A stretch of DNA of 55,621 nucleotides from a virus (IMGVR_UViG_3300033153_013781:1-55621); one strand, 5' to 3'. Positions 34,601-44,405 are shown, numbered from the stretch's first letter. Numbers and translations: made by a program. Notes: generated from the letters alone by a model not told the origin.

Positions 34601-36165
34601 CCAAATATGATGTAGTCATAATGAACGTTGGCATTAGGAGATTTGCAGACAAAATAGGACTGACTCATCCTCAGAAAAATGAGAAACTTCAAAAATGTGC
34701 CAAAAATTATCACTATATTGGCGATGCAGGTGTCTCGAAGATAAAATCCATAACTGAATTGCCTGGGTTGCATACCGTATACGATCTTTTCGCTGAAGAA
34801 ACAGACGAATGGAACGTTAATGGGTACATACAACAGGGGTGCGGGGAACAACTTCTTCCTTTTTTTGGCAGCTGCAACCTCGGAAGTGTCGATGTTTCTA
34901 AGTTTTATAATGAAGACAGAGAAGTGATGGAATGGACTCGTTTGGGGAATGCCATAGAAACAGCAATGCAATTTTTAGACAATGTTATTGACGTTAATAA
35001 ATTCCCTACGCCAGATTTTGCAAAATGGGCAAAAGAAAATAGACCTGTGGGTCTTGGAATTATGGGTTGGGCTGATTTATTACTCAAAATGAAAATCACT
35101 TACGGCAATGAAGAGTCTTTTAAATTTGCTCAAAAAATAGGACGATTTTTTGAAAAAACTGCTCATGAAAAATCAGTCCAATTAGGAGAAGAAAGAGGTA
35201 CTCCTAAGTCATGTAAATTTAAAGAATTAGATTTTCGTCGGAATGTAACGACTTTGTCTATTGCTCCAACGGGCACTATTAGCTTATTAGCAGGATGTTC
35301 AAGTGCGATAGAGCCCGTGTTCAGTGCCACTATTTATCGATATGACAATACGGGAGCGAAGGAGATGAAACACCCTTATGCGAAAAAATCATGGTTTCGC
35401 TGTGCTTCAGATTTAACATGGGAAGAGCACGTAGGCATGCAGGCTGCATTCCAAACTTATATCGACTCTGCAATAAGCAAAACGATCAATCTTCCTAATT
35501 CTGCAACAATTGAAGACATCTCTAATGCATATATGATGGCTTGGAAAAGTAAATGCAAAGGCATTACGGTCTATAGAGATGGATGCAAATCAACACAAGT
35601 TCTTAATACTTCCAAAAAAGGAATGATGGGTAGCAATAATGCCAAACCTCGTCCTAAAGAAGTTGAAGTTGATATATTTAAAACAAAGGCAGATGGATAT
35701 GATTGGCATGTTATAGTGGGAAAAGTCGATGACGTTCCTTATGAAGTATTTGCTGTTAATGGGAAGCAGGAGCTTCCTAGTTCCGCAAAAGTAGTTAAAC
35801 GAAAGAAGCTTCATTATTCTCTCATGACAGATAAAGATGAAATTATTATAGATAATCTTGGAATGGAAGAAGATGAAATCCATCCTAGAATTGGAGCAGA
35901 AACGCGACGATTTAGTTTAGAATTACGTCATGGTATCGATCCTAAAAACATTGTAACTGCGATAGATAAATCTTCAGAGGTAGTAACCAGTTTTACTAAG
36001 GCAGTGGGACGGATACTCAAAAATAAATACATTAGTGCCGAAGATCTTCGCGAGATTTCAGGCATCCCGTGTTTTGATTGCGCTAAAAAGGGTAAAAATG
36101 TTGAAATGATTTCGGAAGCAGGGTGTTGGAAATGTCCCGTATGCTTTTCGAGTAAATGTGGCTAA
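31693..36165 (+). CDS. nrdJ: class II (B12-dependent) ribonucleotide reductase with two inteins
   Basis: FLPNSP, TNP|CGE, SCNLGS, IAPTGTIS, SAISKTIN and GITVYRDG motifs; C-terminal Zn ribbon. Confidence 0.93.
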   Translation: MPMSPLTPVAQQVCEKRYFQKDKDGKIIEDWSQLASRVVSHVCKNEDDDFQKNIYDLIYKTEFLPNSPCLVNAGTTTKSKGLMACFVTKAPEDSWIGMLENIGNFGHIARQGGGCGVDFSKIRPENDPVFGSTHAKACGPIEHMRMISEVMSSITQSGFRGMACCSYDTLISTDSGFIQLGEIVEQSMIGLGIHTQFGPATITNAWCNGEKEVFEIITEKGNKIKLTGDHKVYVIDRYNGKNHGKLTKKINQIGVWKEVKNIDLQNDCLVLNLDEKPFAAKYQYVNGIKVDEQLSSLVSYTKCDGLFKRYNSCQRLELALDSKESIDYFMMTEHVHFNQLPERSNGITVLRKEGKSVEFLKYFGEFGTYHCDIPSVIFKSPKTVVSSFIQAAFDAEGTVDVSDDRCRIITGMTSIEFVEDLQILLGMFGIQSQLRRDVVHVNKDGITRHNMHYLSISNKWHVKRFMEEIGFLSNRKNEAARKALEKMNFDKIGRGNTPSAKIIHRIARIDSLGEMPVYDISTSNETFLANNLTVHNCMSCLRVDHPDILKFIICKQRDRALKTLLKEDIFNHYDALKGNTDEQLNVVLDKFISNFNISVFTTDDFMQKVENDEEYDLAFNDKIYQTVKARDIFDMIVKNAWQNGDPGMLFHNTINDGPYKYSKQKITATNPCVVKGSLVAGALGWEPVEDIKVGDKIFSQGRLVPVTSIEVNEDHKVFRVEFTDGDYIDATAAHRFKCVVDKQYQYLRLDEIGEGHRVVVEPIDIDQMEYRGIGYLTSYALNNKEECKGNDEFWSQRDLGLLVGAVLGDGCFTERKTNRKMVDVSFGRAESDWQSKYCELLKKYGVSYYNETTNQTIRVRSNYLLEILEHAGVQRNKAPKKKIPDKFMHSNDKELLAGVLDGLFSTDGNMSLKKDNPMLRLTSSSYEMCRQVRRVLLSFGIHAKIYKTERTSHIYDDPNCGPREISSENPKYDVVIMNVGIRRFADKIGLTHPQKNEKLQKCAKNYHYIGDAGVSKIKSITELPGLHTVYDLFAEETDEWNVNGYIQQGCGEQLLPFFGSCNLGSVDVSKFYNEDREVMEWTRLGNAIETAMQFLDNVIDVNKFPTPDFAKWAKENRPVGLGIMGWADLLLKMKITYGNEESFKFAQKIGRFFEKTAHEKSVQLGEERGTPKSCKFKELDFRRNVTTLSIAPTGTISLLAGCSSAIEPVFSATIYRYDNTGAKEMKHPYAKKSWFRCASDLTWEEHVGMQAAFQTYIDSAISKTINLPNSATIEDISNAYMMAWKSKCKGITVYRDGCKSTQVLNTSKKGMMGSNNAKPRPKEVEVDIFKTKADGYDWHVIVGKVDDVPYEVFAVNGKQELPSSAKVVKRKKLHYSLMTDKDEIIIDNLGMEEDEIHPRIGAETRRFSLELRHGIDPKNIVTAIDKSSEVVTSFTKAVGRILKNKYISAEDLREISGIPCFDCAKKGKNVEMISEAGCWKCPVCFSSKCG
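32182..33300 (+). mobile_element. RNR intein 1 (LAGLIDADG)
   Basis: CCSYDT..LTGDH..AAFDAEG..VYDIST..TVHN|C. Confidence 0.92.
33706..34839 (+). mobile_element. RNR intein 2 at the catalytic Cys, atypical C-terminus
   Basis: TNP|CVVKGS..ATAAH..GAVLGDG..GLFSTDG..VYDL..GYIQQG|CGE. Confidence 0.9.
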
Positions 36166-36212
36166 TGTTCCAAAAAGAGGAATCCCCCTCTTTTTTTGTC
36201 TAATGTGTGTGT

Positions 36213-38096
36213 ATGGCAGAAACAGGCAGTTTAGGGTTTGCCCCGACATTACATCAGATAACTCCGGAGAGAGTTGCGTTTATTTATAACACGAATGATC
36301 CTGACTCTTTGGAGGTAGCTCAATATTATCGTGATAAACGATCAATTCCCAACGCGAATCTAATTGGGCTCGCTATTACTGTACCTACCCAAGGAGCCAC
36401 TGGAACAACTTGTGAAACTGTTTCTCTCAATGAAACAACTTATTTATCCCAAATAGAAACCCCCTTATTATCTGCCCTCGAAACTTTAGGAGCTGATTTT
36501 TCAACAGATGGATCAAGCCCTATTTGGGTTATTGTATTAGGATTTGGAATACCCCTGACTTACAATGATGGGGGAGAATTAATAGCTATTGCTAGTCGCC
36601 TCCATCGTCTTGGTCATTCTGTTAGTCATAAATTTTCCAATCATACCTATGATCGTCGTGGATCTTTTAAATTTTTTGATGACACTGACGCAACTGAACT
36701 TTTCATCACCGCAGTTTTAGATGGACCTACTAAAGAAGTTGTTAAAAAATTAATTGATAGATCTCTTGATGTAACTAATCAAACTTTCATTACTGGAGAT
36801 CTTTTCATTGATCCATATGGAAGAAAAACCACAAGTGCGGATACAGAATACGAGCAGGACATACTGGATTTCGTCAATAATGAAATTCCTAATTTAGGAA
36901 TCGAAAGTCAGTTGACGACAGATATAGATGACCCATACCAAGAGCCCACTGTAAAATCTTTGTCTCAAGATTCATTTTATTGGGGATGGTTTAATCCTAC
37001 ATTTTCTCAACAGTTATTTTTGAACCAAAATGAAAGAAGAGCATTTTTATATAATGCAGATGATAGATCCGCATGTAATATTCACTTTTTAAACAATAAT
37101 TCTGCATTTGATGAAAATGGAAGTGATTTTTGGTGTAACCTGGCTATCAATGTTGAACCAGGATATGCTTCATGTGCCGGGTCAATAGATGAACCAGGCT
37201 CAGATGCATTTTTGCGTCCCACCCCTTTCTTTCAAGCTTTGCATCAAGGAGCTACTCTGGGAGAAGCATATTTGTTCGCTTCTAAATTTGTTAGTTGGAA
37301 AACGGTCTTAATTGGTGATCCACTTATGACGGTGAATTTTCCTGTAGACATTCCTTCTGATCAAGATGTTGTTTTTCAACTTATTCCGAATAATGAAGCT
37401 ATATTATTAGAAAAAAATGTCATAGAAGAATCATTGGCTTGGGGTTCTCGTCAAACACGAGTGCTCAATGAGATACTTGACAAAGTTGTGGTTAGTGAAG
37501 ATTTTAATGAAGAACTAAGTTTGCTTATTCCTGCAAATAGGTGGTTTAATCTTAAAAATACTAAATCTCAAACAGATATTCACTTCATTTTAGTGTCGCG
37601 TTGGCTGAGATATATTCAAGCAACAACTAATCTTTCTGTTAATCAGTGGTTAGAGGAAAATTTACACAAAGTTACTCAACGGCTAAAAGATGTAATTCAA
37701 GAGACTGGGGTAGCCACAATTCCTGCAAGCTCAGTTTATGATTCAGGATTTTGGGAATTCACATTTAATTTTGTTCATCAAGAATTGACGTTAGAAGACA
37801 TTTTCTTTAAATTAGAGATTTCTCGCGATGAATCATTTAGCCCTAAATTAATGGATATAAGTTCAGCAGGGAATACTACTGGTTGGAAATACGAAGGACA
37901 ACCCTTCTTATTTATTCAAATGCCAGATAGTGGATTCCCCTCAAATTTCAGTGGAAGAAGAGTGAGGTTTTCGTCCCCAGAGGTGAATTTTCTCAGAAGT
38001 ACTGAAGTGTATTATGTAAGATGGACTGCCACAGATAGTACTGGGGCTTCTTTTCCAGGAGCTACAGCAACGCAAAGAATAATAATTGGGACCTAA
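36213..38096 (+). CDS. TIGR03790-like protein
   Basis: VAFIYN.ND.DS..VAQYY..KR.IP..NLI; FYWGW; G.IDEP; G.TLGEA..SWK..LIGDPL. Confidence 0.75.
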   Translation: MAETGSLGFAPTLHQITPERVAFIYNTNDPDSLEVAQYYRDKRSIPNANLIGLAITVPTQGATGTTCETVSLNETTYLSQIETPLLSALETLGADFSTDGSSPIWVIVLGFGIPLTYNDGGELIAIASRLHRLGHSVSHKFSNHTYDRRGSFKFFDDTDATELFITAVLDGPTKEVVKKLIDRSLDVTNQTFITGDLFIDPYGRKTTSADTEYEQDILDFVNNEIPNLGIESQLTTDIDDPYQEPTVKSLSQDSFYWGWFNPTFSQQLFLNQNERRAFLYNADDRSACNIHFLNNNSAFDENGSDFWCNLAINVEPGYASCAGSIDEPGSDAFLRPTPFFQALHQGATLGEAYLFASKFVSWKTVLIGDPLMTVNFPVDIPSDQDVVFQLIPNNEAILLEKNVIEESLAWGSRQTRVLNEILDKVVVSEDFNEELSLLIPANRWFNLKNTKSQTDIHFILVSRWLRYIQATTNLSVNQWLEENLHKVTQRLKDVIQETGVATIPASSVYDSGFWEFTFNFVHQELTLEDIFFKLEISRDESFSPKLMDISSAGNTTGWKYEGQPFLFIQMPDSGFPSNFSGRRVRFSSPEVNFLRSTEVYYVRWTATDSTGASFPGATATQRIIIGT

Positions 38097-38479
38097 TGAT
38101 TACTGACAAATTTCAATTTTATAGTGATTATTATGCTTTCGCAGCGGAAGCAGGCATTAACAGGGCCCGCGCAATATTTCCGGGTATTACCACATCTACT
38201 CTTGTAGATGTTTCTACTGTTATCAACCGACCGAATTCTGATGTAGCAACGGCTAATATGACCCGTGCTTTTGATACTGCTTATGAATATTTATGGTCAG
38301 ATGGACAAGAACGCGGATCATTACAAGATTCTTTTTTTGCTTTATCTCGATACATCTTGCTAACTGAAGAAGTTGATATAAATACTTTTCTTACGAACCA
38401 TATTTTGCAAGTTGAACCACTTTACGCCACACTAGCAAACATCTTCGGAGAATCGATTATAAGTGGCAATATAAAGTAA
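38096..38479 (+). CDS. hypothetical protein
   Basis: TAATG coupling on both sides. Confidence 0.75.
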   Translation: MITDKFQFYSDYYAFAAEAGINRARAIFPGITTSTLVDVSTVINRPNSDVATANMTRAFDTAYEYLWSDGQERGSLQDSFFALSRYILLTEEVDINTFLTNHILQVEPLYATLANIFGESIISGNIK

Positions 38480-40371
38480 TGACAATTAAAATGACAAAAT
38501 ACAAAGAACAAAACACCTCTGAAGAGTTGGTCTCGTTACTGGAAAAAATCAAAACGGTAGTTAAGGCGAAAAGCAATGAACAATATATTCCGAATATTAT
38601 TGAGTTTTGTAACTCTCCTTATTATTTGAATCTTCCTGGAAACAACGTCACACTTTACCCTATGCAACAGATTATCTTAAAAGTATTTTATAAAGGTCAA
38701 CCAGGTAATGAAAAAATTGAGTTGACTGAAGAAGAAATACAACTTTTATTTGAATTAAAATTAGATAATGTTTTAGAAAAATATCATGGTGAAGATTTAT
38801 TCCGTGAATTAGTTTTAGTTTTAGGACGTCGAAGCGGAAAGGACTTTTTAGTTTCTCTAATGGCTCTTTATGAAGTTATGCGTCTTTTAGAAATTCCTGG
38901 TGGATCACCGTTTAAATATTACAATATAGCTGAGGGTAACCCTATCTTTATTTTAACAGTCGCTAACTCAGCAGACCAAGCTCGTATTCTTTTTACCGAA
39001 ATTAAAGAGAAAATGACTTCATCAGAATATTTCCGGGATAAAGTAGGACATATTGAAGCAGATAAAATTTCTCTACGTACTCCTCAAGACATAACTAAAC
39101 AAAAAGATCTACTTGAGGATGGTCTGGATAACGCTGCCTCTAAAATCAAAGGTTCAGTGGTTATTATGTCAGGTCACAGTAATAGTGAATCTTTGCTTGG
39201 TAAAAGAATTTATGCACTCCTGCTGGACGAGGTGGCATCGTTTAAATCAACAGGCGGGAAAACGTCTGGTGACCGTATTTATTCAGCCCTTAGTCCTGCT
39301 ACTGCCGACTTCGTACGAAAGACAGGAAGAATAGATGAAAACGGCGATGAGATCGCAGTAATGGATTCCAAAATCATTAGTATTTCTTCTCCACGATCTG
39401 AAGAAGGTATGCTGTTCAAATTGTATAATGATACTCCCAATGCGATAAGTAGAGTGGCGTTTAAGTTGCCAACTTGGAAAGTAAGTAAACAATGGAAAGA
39501 ATCTATGCTTCGTCAAGAATTTAAATTTATGAGCATAAATGATTTTAACATGGAATTTGGAGCAGAATTCTCCGGCACAGCTGGAGAAAAATACATACCT
39601 GATCACTATGTAGATGAGGCTATAGAAATTGGAGCAGAGTTAAAATTATCTCAAGCTATCTCTGGAGTTCCCGGAATGGTATATTATGCCCATCTTGATC
39701 CTGCATCCACAAGTCATAATTACGCATTAGTAGTTCTTCATACAGAAGAAAGAATGAGGTTAGCCGAACGTAATGGGCAGATTATAAAAGAAAAAGCCAA
39801 AATGTTTATTATAGATCATCTAAAATGTTGGCAACCTTCAGGCGGACAATCTATTAATGTTCATGAAGTGGATCAATATGTAGTTGATTTAGCCAGACGT
39901 TTTCGATTCGCTATGGTGTCATATGATAACTGGAATTCTCAAGCCAGCGTTCAACTTTTGAGACGGAAGGGTATTCCAACGAAGATTACGCCATTTCGTC
40001 GTGAATATAAGATGAAAATCTATAGTCAACTAGAAGATTTGTTGGTTAATCATCAGCTTGCTATACCTCGTAAAAATCCATATTCAGAAACAATGGAAAT
40101 GGAACTAAAATGTCTAAAACGCATTTTCTTGCCAACAGGGTTTAAAATAGAACCTAATCCAGAAGCTCAGATTACGACCGATGATTTTGCGGATGCTCTC
40201 GCAGGAGCTTGTGGATCGGCATCTGAAAGTATGTATACCGGATATCCTCAAGGAGGACTTGTAAATATGCCTCAATCTCCATCTACGGGGTCGAATAGCC
40301 AATGGAGAATCGGGAATGCCAGTTATAGTGACCAGCAATGGCGTCTCTGGAATCGTAAATTTGGAATCTAA
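38479..40371 (+). CDS. terL: terminase large subunit
   Basis: LYPMQ; GRRSGK Walker A; LLLDEVA Walker B; ISSP; EFGAEF; HLDPA; DDFADA nuclease motifs. Confidence 0.88.
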   Translation: MTIKMTKYKEQNTSEELVSLLEKIKTVVKAKSNEQYIPNIIEFCNSPYYLNLPGNNVTLYPMQQIILKVFYKGQPGNEKIELTEEEIQLLFELKLDNVLEKYHGEDLFRELVLVLGRRSGKDFLVSLMALYEVMRLLEIPGGSPFKYYNIAEGNPIFILTVANSADQARILFTEIKEKMTSSEYFRDKVGHIEADKISLRTPQDITKQKDLLEDGLDNAASKIKGSVVIMSGHSNSESLLGKRIYALLLDEVASFKSTGGKTSGDRIYSALSPATADFVRKTGRIDENGDEIAVMDSKIISISSPRSEEGMLFKLYNDTPNAISRVAFKLPTWKVSKQWKESMLRQEFKFMSINDFNMEFGAEFSGTAGEKYIPDHYVDEAIEIGAELKLSQAISGVPGMVYYAHLDPASTSHNYALVVLHTEERMRLAERNGQIIKEKAKMFIIDHLKCWQPSGGQSINVHEVDQYVVDLARRFRFAMVSYDNWNSQASVQLLRRKGIPTKITPFRREYKMKIYSQLEDLLVNHQLAIPRKNPYSETMEMELKCLKRIFLPTGFKIEPNPEAQITTDDFADALAGACGSASESMYTGYPQGGLVNMPQSPSTGSNSQWRIGNASYSDQQWRLWNRKFGI

Positions 40372-40426
40372 AAAGGAATTAACCTAAGATTTAAGAATAT
40401 ATAAGTGTTCTATTGTGGAGAAAAAC

Positions 40427-41137
40427 ATGTTTAACATGAAAAAACATACAAAATCGGCTCAGGCACCCTATGAAAAATACCATCGGGATGAGAATTTGGG
40501 ACCAAAAGCAAATGATGATGCCCCAATTTCGGAAAAACAACTCCCACATCGCGATGGGTTTGAACAAAAAATAACTGAAGATCAAATGAAAGATAAGCAT
40601 GAATGGGGCGACAAAGAAAAAGCAAAACCCATTGAAAAATTATTGGAATCTGCTACGTCAGCCTATGTTAAGCATCGAAGTGATGCTGGAGATTTGACTG
40701 TTCCCCCAATAAACGCTCTAGTTGAAAAAATCCGCCAAAAAAGATTGGCTGAAGATTATAAAGTAGATAAAAAATCTCACTGGAGCCATACGTTTAACGA
40801 AAAGAAACAACAGGGTTCTTTGCCTGCATGGAGTAAAAATGCTCCGCAACATGGTAACCATTCTCTATGCAACGATCCTGATCGTTTTTCTGGAACTAAC
40901 GATGATCCAGTTAATTTCCATAAAGATAATATTCACCCATTAGTGGGCAACATTACAACGGCAGATGTGGATAAAGTTGTAACTAATATTAAAACCGGAA
41001 AATCCACTGAATATGATAGTGCAATGATGGCGATACTGCGGTTGGCACATAATGAAAAACGAGAATTGTCCGATGTGGAACGAAAAACAATTGTTGATTT
41101 AAAAATTGCCCGAACAGAACAAATGATGCAAAAATAA
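40427..41137 (+). CDS. putative virion protein
   Basis: GGAG RBS; starts MFNMKKHTKSAQ. Confidence 0.7.
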   Translation: MFNMKKHTKSAQAPYEKYHRDENLGPKANDDAPISEKQLPHRDGFEQKITEDQMKDKHEWGDKEKAKPIEKLLESATSAYVKHRSDAGDLTVPPINALVEKIRQKRLAEDYKVDKKSHWSHTFNEKKQQGSLPAWSKNAPQHGNHSLCNDPDRFSGTNDDPVNFHKDNIHPLVGNITTADVDKVVTNIKTGKSTEYDSAMMAILRLAHNEKRELSDVERKTIVDLKIARTEQMMQK

Positions 41138-41658
41138 TGCAAAAATTCACGAGCAAAAAAGTTGTTGCTATTGGAATTAATCCAAGAATTGATGAATATA
41201 AAAGAGATCTAATCCAAGAATTCCTCGATGGAACTCACCCTCTAAGCCCCGCTCGCAAAACCGAAGATAGCGGATCTAGAAGAAAAGTATTTTTAGAACA
41301 ATCCCCCGCTGGACCCAATGAAACAGGAGGAGCGGGAGATCGCACTTCTCATGATAATGTCGGATCAGGGTATGATAAAGGCTTAAATCCCGGAGGAAGA
41401 GCAGATGACGAAATTGGTCCAGGAAATACTCCTAACAGAGATCCAGAACAAGAATGGACCAGTCCCGAAACGACCAACCGCATTTTTGGCAATGATGACG
41501 ATCTTTCAGATAAATTTTCCCCTTTAAATGAGGGGAGTAGACAACGAGACCAAAACGTCACTAATCATCTCAGAAGATTGCATAGCCGACCACAACCAGT
41601 TCAAGCTCTTCCCAAACGAGCCCCAGTAGATGAACTTGCTAAACGCTACCATAGTTGA
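41137..41658 (+). CDS. hypothetical protein (stop supplied by the IS end)
   Basis: TAATG coupling; low-complexity. Confidence 0.7.
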   Translation: MQKFTSKKVVAIGINPRIDEYKRDLIQEFLDGTHPLSPARKTEDSGSRRKVFLEQSPAGPNETGGAGDRTSHDNVGSGYDKGLNPGGRADDEIGPGNTPNRDPEQEWTSPETTNRIFGNDDDLSDKFSPLNEGSRQRDQNVTNHLRRLHSRPQPVQALPKRAPVDELAKRYHS

Positions 41659-41687
41659 ACTACCCCTCCCACAAGGGGAGGGGATTC

Positions 41688-42857
41688 CTACTTCAATGAC
41701 TCAACTTGCTCAAAAGCACAATACTTCTGAGTAGAGGTCGAATCTCCATAGGCGTAACTTGGGGTAGTCCCTACCCTACTTATATTCAAAGCAGCATTCA
41801 AATCTCTATCAATCTCTAAATCACAATGAGGACAAGAGTGAATTCTATCTGCTAATGTTTTTGGAACAATCTTTCCACAACCTGAACACATTTGAGTTGT
41901 ATTCTTGGGGTTGACTAATCTAACTTCCACACCAGCTTCTTCCGCTTTGTATTGAGTATATTCAATTAGTTTTCTCCAAGCACAATCACTAATATGCTTT
42001 GCTAAATTATGGTTACGAACCATTCCTCTTATGTTTAATTGCTCAAAAGATATACTTCCGTAATTCTCAACCAATTCTCTACTCAACTTATGTAAGAAAT
42101 CTTCTCGTTGATGTCTTATGGTTCTATATACTTTTGCCAATGTAATACGCTGTTTATTTCTATTTGCACTGCCCTTTACTTTTTTAGATAATCTACGTTG
42201 TTTCAATTTGAGTTTGTCCTCTGATTTCAACAAGTGACGTGGATTCTCAAACGACTTACCATCGGAGAGAAAAGCAAAGGTTTTAATGCCTAAATCTACT
42301 CCTATGGCTGGTTTTGAGGACTTGACTGGAGATGTATTCTCTTGCTCACAAGTAAGGATTACAAACCACTGGTCAACGTCTCTGACTATTCTACAGGTTT
42401 TTATTGCTCCTTCTGTGGGTCGTGAGTATTTGAGTTTTACATCACCAATTTTGCTCAGTTTAATTCTCCTACAATCATTCGTTAATCTGAACCCCGATTG
42501 AGGAAAACAAAAAGAGTTGTAACGATGCTCAGATTTGAAGCGAGGAAAACCTGCTTTTACTTTCTTTCCTGTCTTACGTTCTTTTATTCTCCGAAAGAAA
42601 TTTGTGAATGATGTTTCAATTCGTTTAAGAGTATTTTGAAGCACCTGAGAGTGAACTTGTTTTTGATAATCGTTCTTGTTTTGTTTAAGGGCATTTGCTT
42701 GGTCACAATAAGATGTAGATTTTTTAGTTTCTTTATAGGAGTTTATTCGTTCTGATAAGGCATTATTGTACAAATATCTACAGGTAGTTAGAGTTTGGTT
42801 TAGAACAGACTCTTGTTTACGAGTAGGATATATTCTGTATTTGAATGCTTTAATCAT
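41688..42857 (-). CDS. tnpB: TnpB RNA-guided nuclease
   Basis: AFKYRIYPT; GVDLG; FEQL; TTQMCSGCG..CPHC..DRDLNAA. Confidence 0.96.
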   Translation of the reverse strand: MIKAFKYRIYPTRKQESVLNQTLTTCRYLYNNALSERINSYKETKKSTSYCDQANALKQNKNDYQKQVHSQVLQNTLKRIETSFTNFFRRIKERKTGKKVKAGFPRFKSEHRYNSFCFPQSGFRLTNDCRRIKLSKIGDVKLKYSRPTEGAIKTCRIVRDVDQWFVILTCEQENTSPVKSSKPAIGVDLGIKTFAFLSDGKSFENPRHLLKSEDKLKLKQRRLSKKVKGSANRNKQRITLAKVYRTIRHQREDFLHKLSRELVENYGSISFEQLNIRGMVRNHNLAKHISDCAWRKLIEYTQYKAEEAGVEVRLVNPKNTTQMCSGCGKIVPKTLADRIHSCPHCDLEIDRDLNAALNISRVGTTPSYAYGDSTSTQKYCAFEQVESLK

Positions 42858-43266
42858 TATGTTTTTGATTTTCTATATACTTTTTGATAGTCGAGGAACT
42901 AACTGTGCCAGCACTGCCGTAATAGCACCCTCTACTAAATAAGCCACTTCCCCAGAAATGAGCCTGTTTGAGACTTTGAAACTTTTTGAACACATCAACT
43001 GTCAAGATAGACTTAATTGTTGTAGCAATAGTCAGTGGAGCCACTTTAGGTGGTGCAGAAACGAATAAGTGAATGTGGTCACTCATCACTTCTAAAGCGA
43101 GTTGTTCCCACTGATACTGATTACAGATACTTTCAATTTGTTCTTTCACATAAGTCTCGATTTCTCCTGATAATACCTTGTGTCTGTATTTTGTTACAAA
43201 CACAATGTGGTAATTCAGGTTGTAGACAGCGTGTTTAGTTTTCTTGTTTTTGCTCATCAGTCTCAT
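42850..43266 (-). CDS. tnpA: Y1 HUH transposase TnpA
   Basis: YHIVFVTKYR; DHIHLF; IKKYIENQ. Confidence 0.96.
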   Translation of the reverse strand: MRLMSKNKKTKHAVYNLNYHIVFVTKYRHKVLSGEIETYVKEQIESICNQYQWEQLALEVMSDHIHLFVSAPPKVAPLTIATTIKSILTVDVFKKFQSLKQAHFWGSGLFSRGCYYGSAGTVSSSTIKKYIENQKHND

Positions 43267-43417
43267 CTGGCAAAGGATATGTATTTAGAATAGCTTCACG
43301 GATGAGGTCTGAATGAGTTAAATCTTGGTCACGCTCAAGAGATAGAAAATGAGCCATACGTTTAACGTGTTTGACGTATTTTGGTTCTAATCTTACGCTG
43401 ATTACAGTAGACTCCAT
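43235..43417 (-). CDS. ribbon-helix-helix-like protein inside the IS
   Basis: VISVRL..SDLIREAI; AAGGAG RBS. Confidence 0.7.
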   Translation of the reverse strand: MESTVISVRLEPKYVKHVKRMAHFLSLERDQDLTHSDLIREAILNTYPLPDETDEQKQEN

Positions 43418-43607
43418 TGTTAATATCTCCTTACAAGGTTGTTTACAGATATATTATACAACAAAGTTTACGAAACTCCTTTATTATTTTTGTAGAGGCT
43501 TTTGTGGCAATTCATCCCCTTCCACAAGGGAAGGGGTTTTCTTGCCACTTCCCTATAAACTGTTCTCACTTATCTCATATTTATGTATAATGAATTTATA
43601 AGGAGAT

Positions 43608-44405
43608 TTGATCATGATTACTATTAAAGGTACTAGTAAAATTAAAGGGGCTTTGGATTTAGGTGGTATTAATCAGCAATTAAAAACAGGTGACTGTATT
43701 CCATTGACAGATGAAGATTTTTCAGATCACACAGTCCAGTTAGCCATTAGTATGGGATTTATTACTTATGAAAAAGGTGGCATATTGGATGTAGATTACA
43801 CATCTTCATCAATTAAACTTCGAAATTCTTCTGATCGAGATCTGCTAATCAATGCATTAGAAGATACTATACGACCAGGACAAACATTCACTCTTACTAA
43901 CGATCAGGTTAATAGTGGTGATATTCGCGGAGCATTAGGTAAAGGAATGTTGCAAATAGTTTCTTCAGCAAAACCAAGTCAAGATATAGAAGAATCTGAT
44001 GTTCGTATAGGCAATATTTTTGATGAAAAAGATAAAATCCAGGAAGAGTCTACTTCAAAATCCGAAGACGCTCCAAGATATTTAGAAACAAACGAAGAAA
44101 TACTAGAAGTAGGAGTAATAGACACAGAAGACCCCAAGCCTGTTGAAAAGAAAGATATTCCTGATCCCAAAGGAAAAACTGTGGTTTGGAATCCTACTCA
44201 CGATCCATTGGTCCATACGAAAACCCGGACACAAATGGAAGCTGTTTCTATAGATAAAGAAGGAGTTTCCGATCCAATGGAAACAAATGTAGATGTGAGT
44301 GAAATTAGCTTTGTAGATGCAGAGCTAGACCAACAAAGGAAAGAATCACATCCTATTTTGAAGGATAAGATTAGTTCAGGGGAAGATGGAATCGATTTCT
44401 TATAA
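43608..44405 (+). CDS. acidic hypothetical protein
   Basis: AAGGAG RBS; 265 aa. Confidence 0.8.
   Translation: MIMITIKGTSKIKGALDLGGINQQLKTGDCIPLTDEDFSDHTVQLAISMGFITYEKGGILDVDYTSSSIKLRNSSDRDLLINALEDTIRPGQTFTLTNDQVNSGDIRGALGKGMLQIVSSAKPSQDIEESDVRIGNIFDEKDKIQEESTSKSEDAPRYLETNEEILEVGVIDTEDPKPVEKKDIPDPKGKTVVWNPTHDPLVHTKTRTQMEAVSIDKEGVSDPMETNVDVSEISFVDAELDQQRKESHPILKDKISSGEDGIDFL

Larger units (their letters stand above)
41655..43554 (-). mobile_element. IS200/IS605-family element
   Basis: tnpA + tnpB; subterminal hairpins CCCCTYCC-ACAA-GGGRAGGGG; right end TCAA; inferred TTTAT target. Confidence 0.88.

Noticed and set aside
31854-36249. Short antisense ORFs in nrdJ (and likewise in terL, tnpB, SNF2 and the late genes)
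   Set aside because: Antisense shadows of long coding genes
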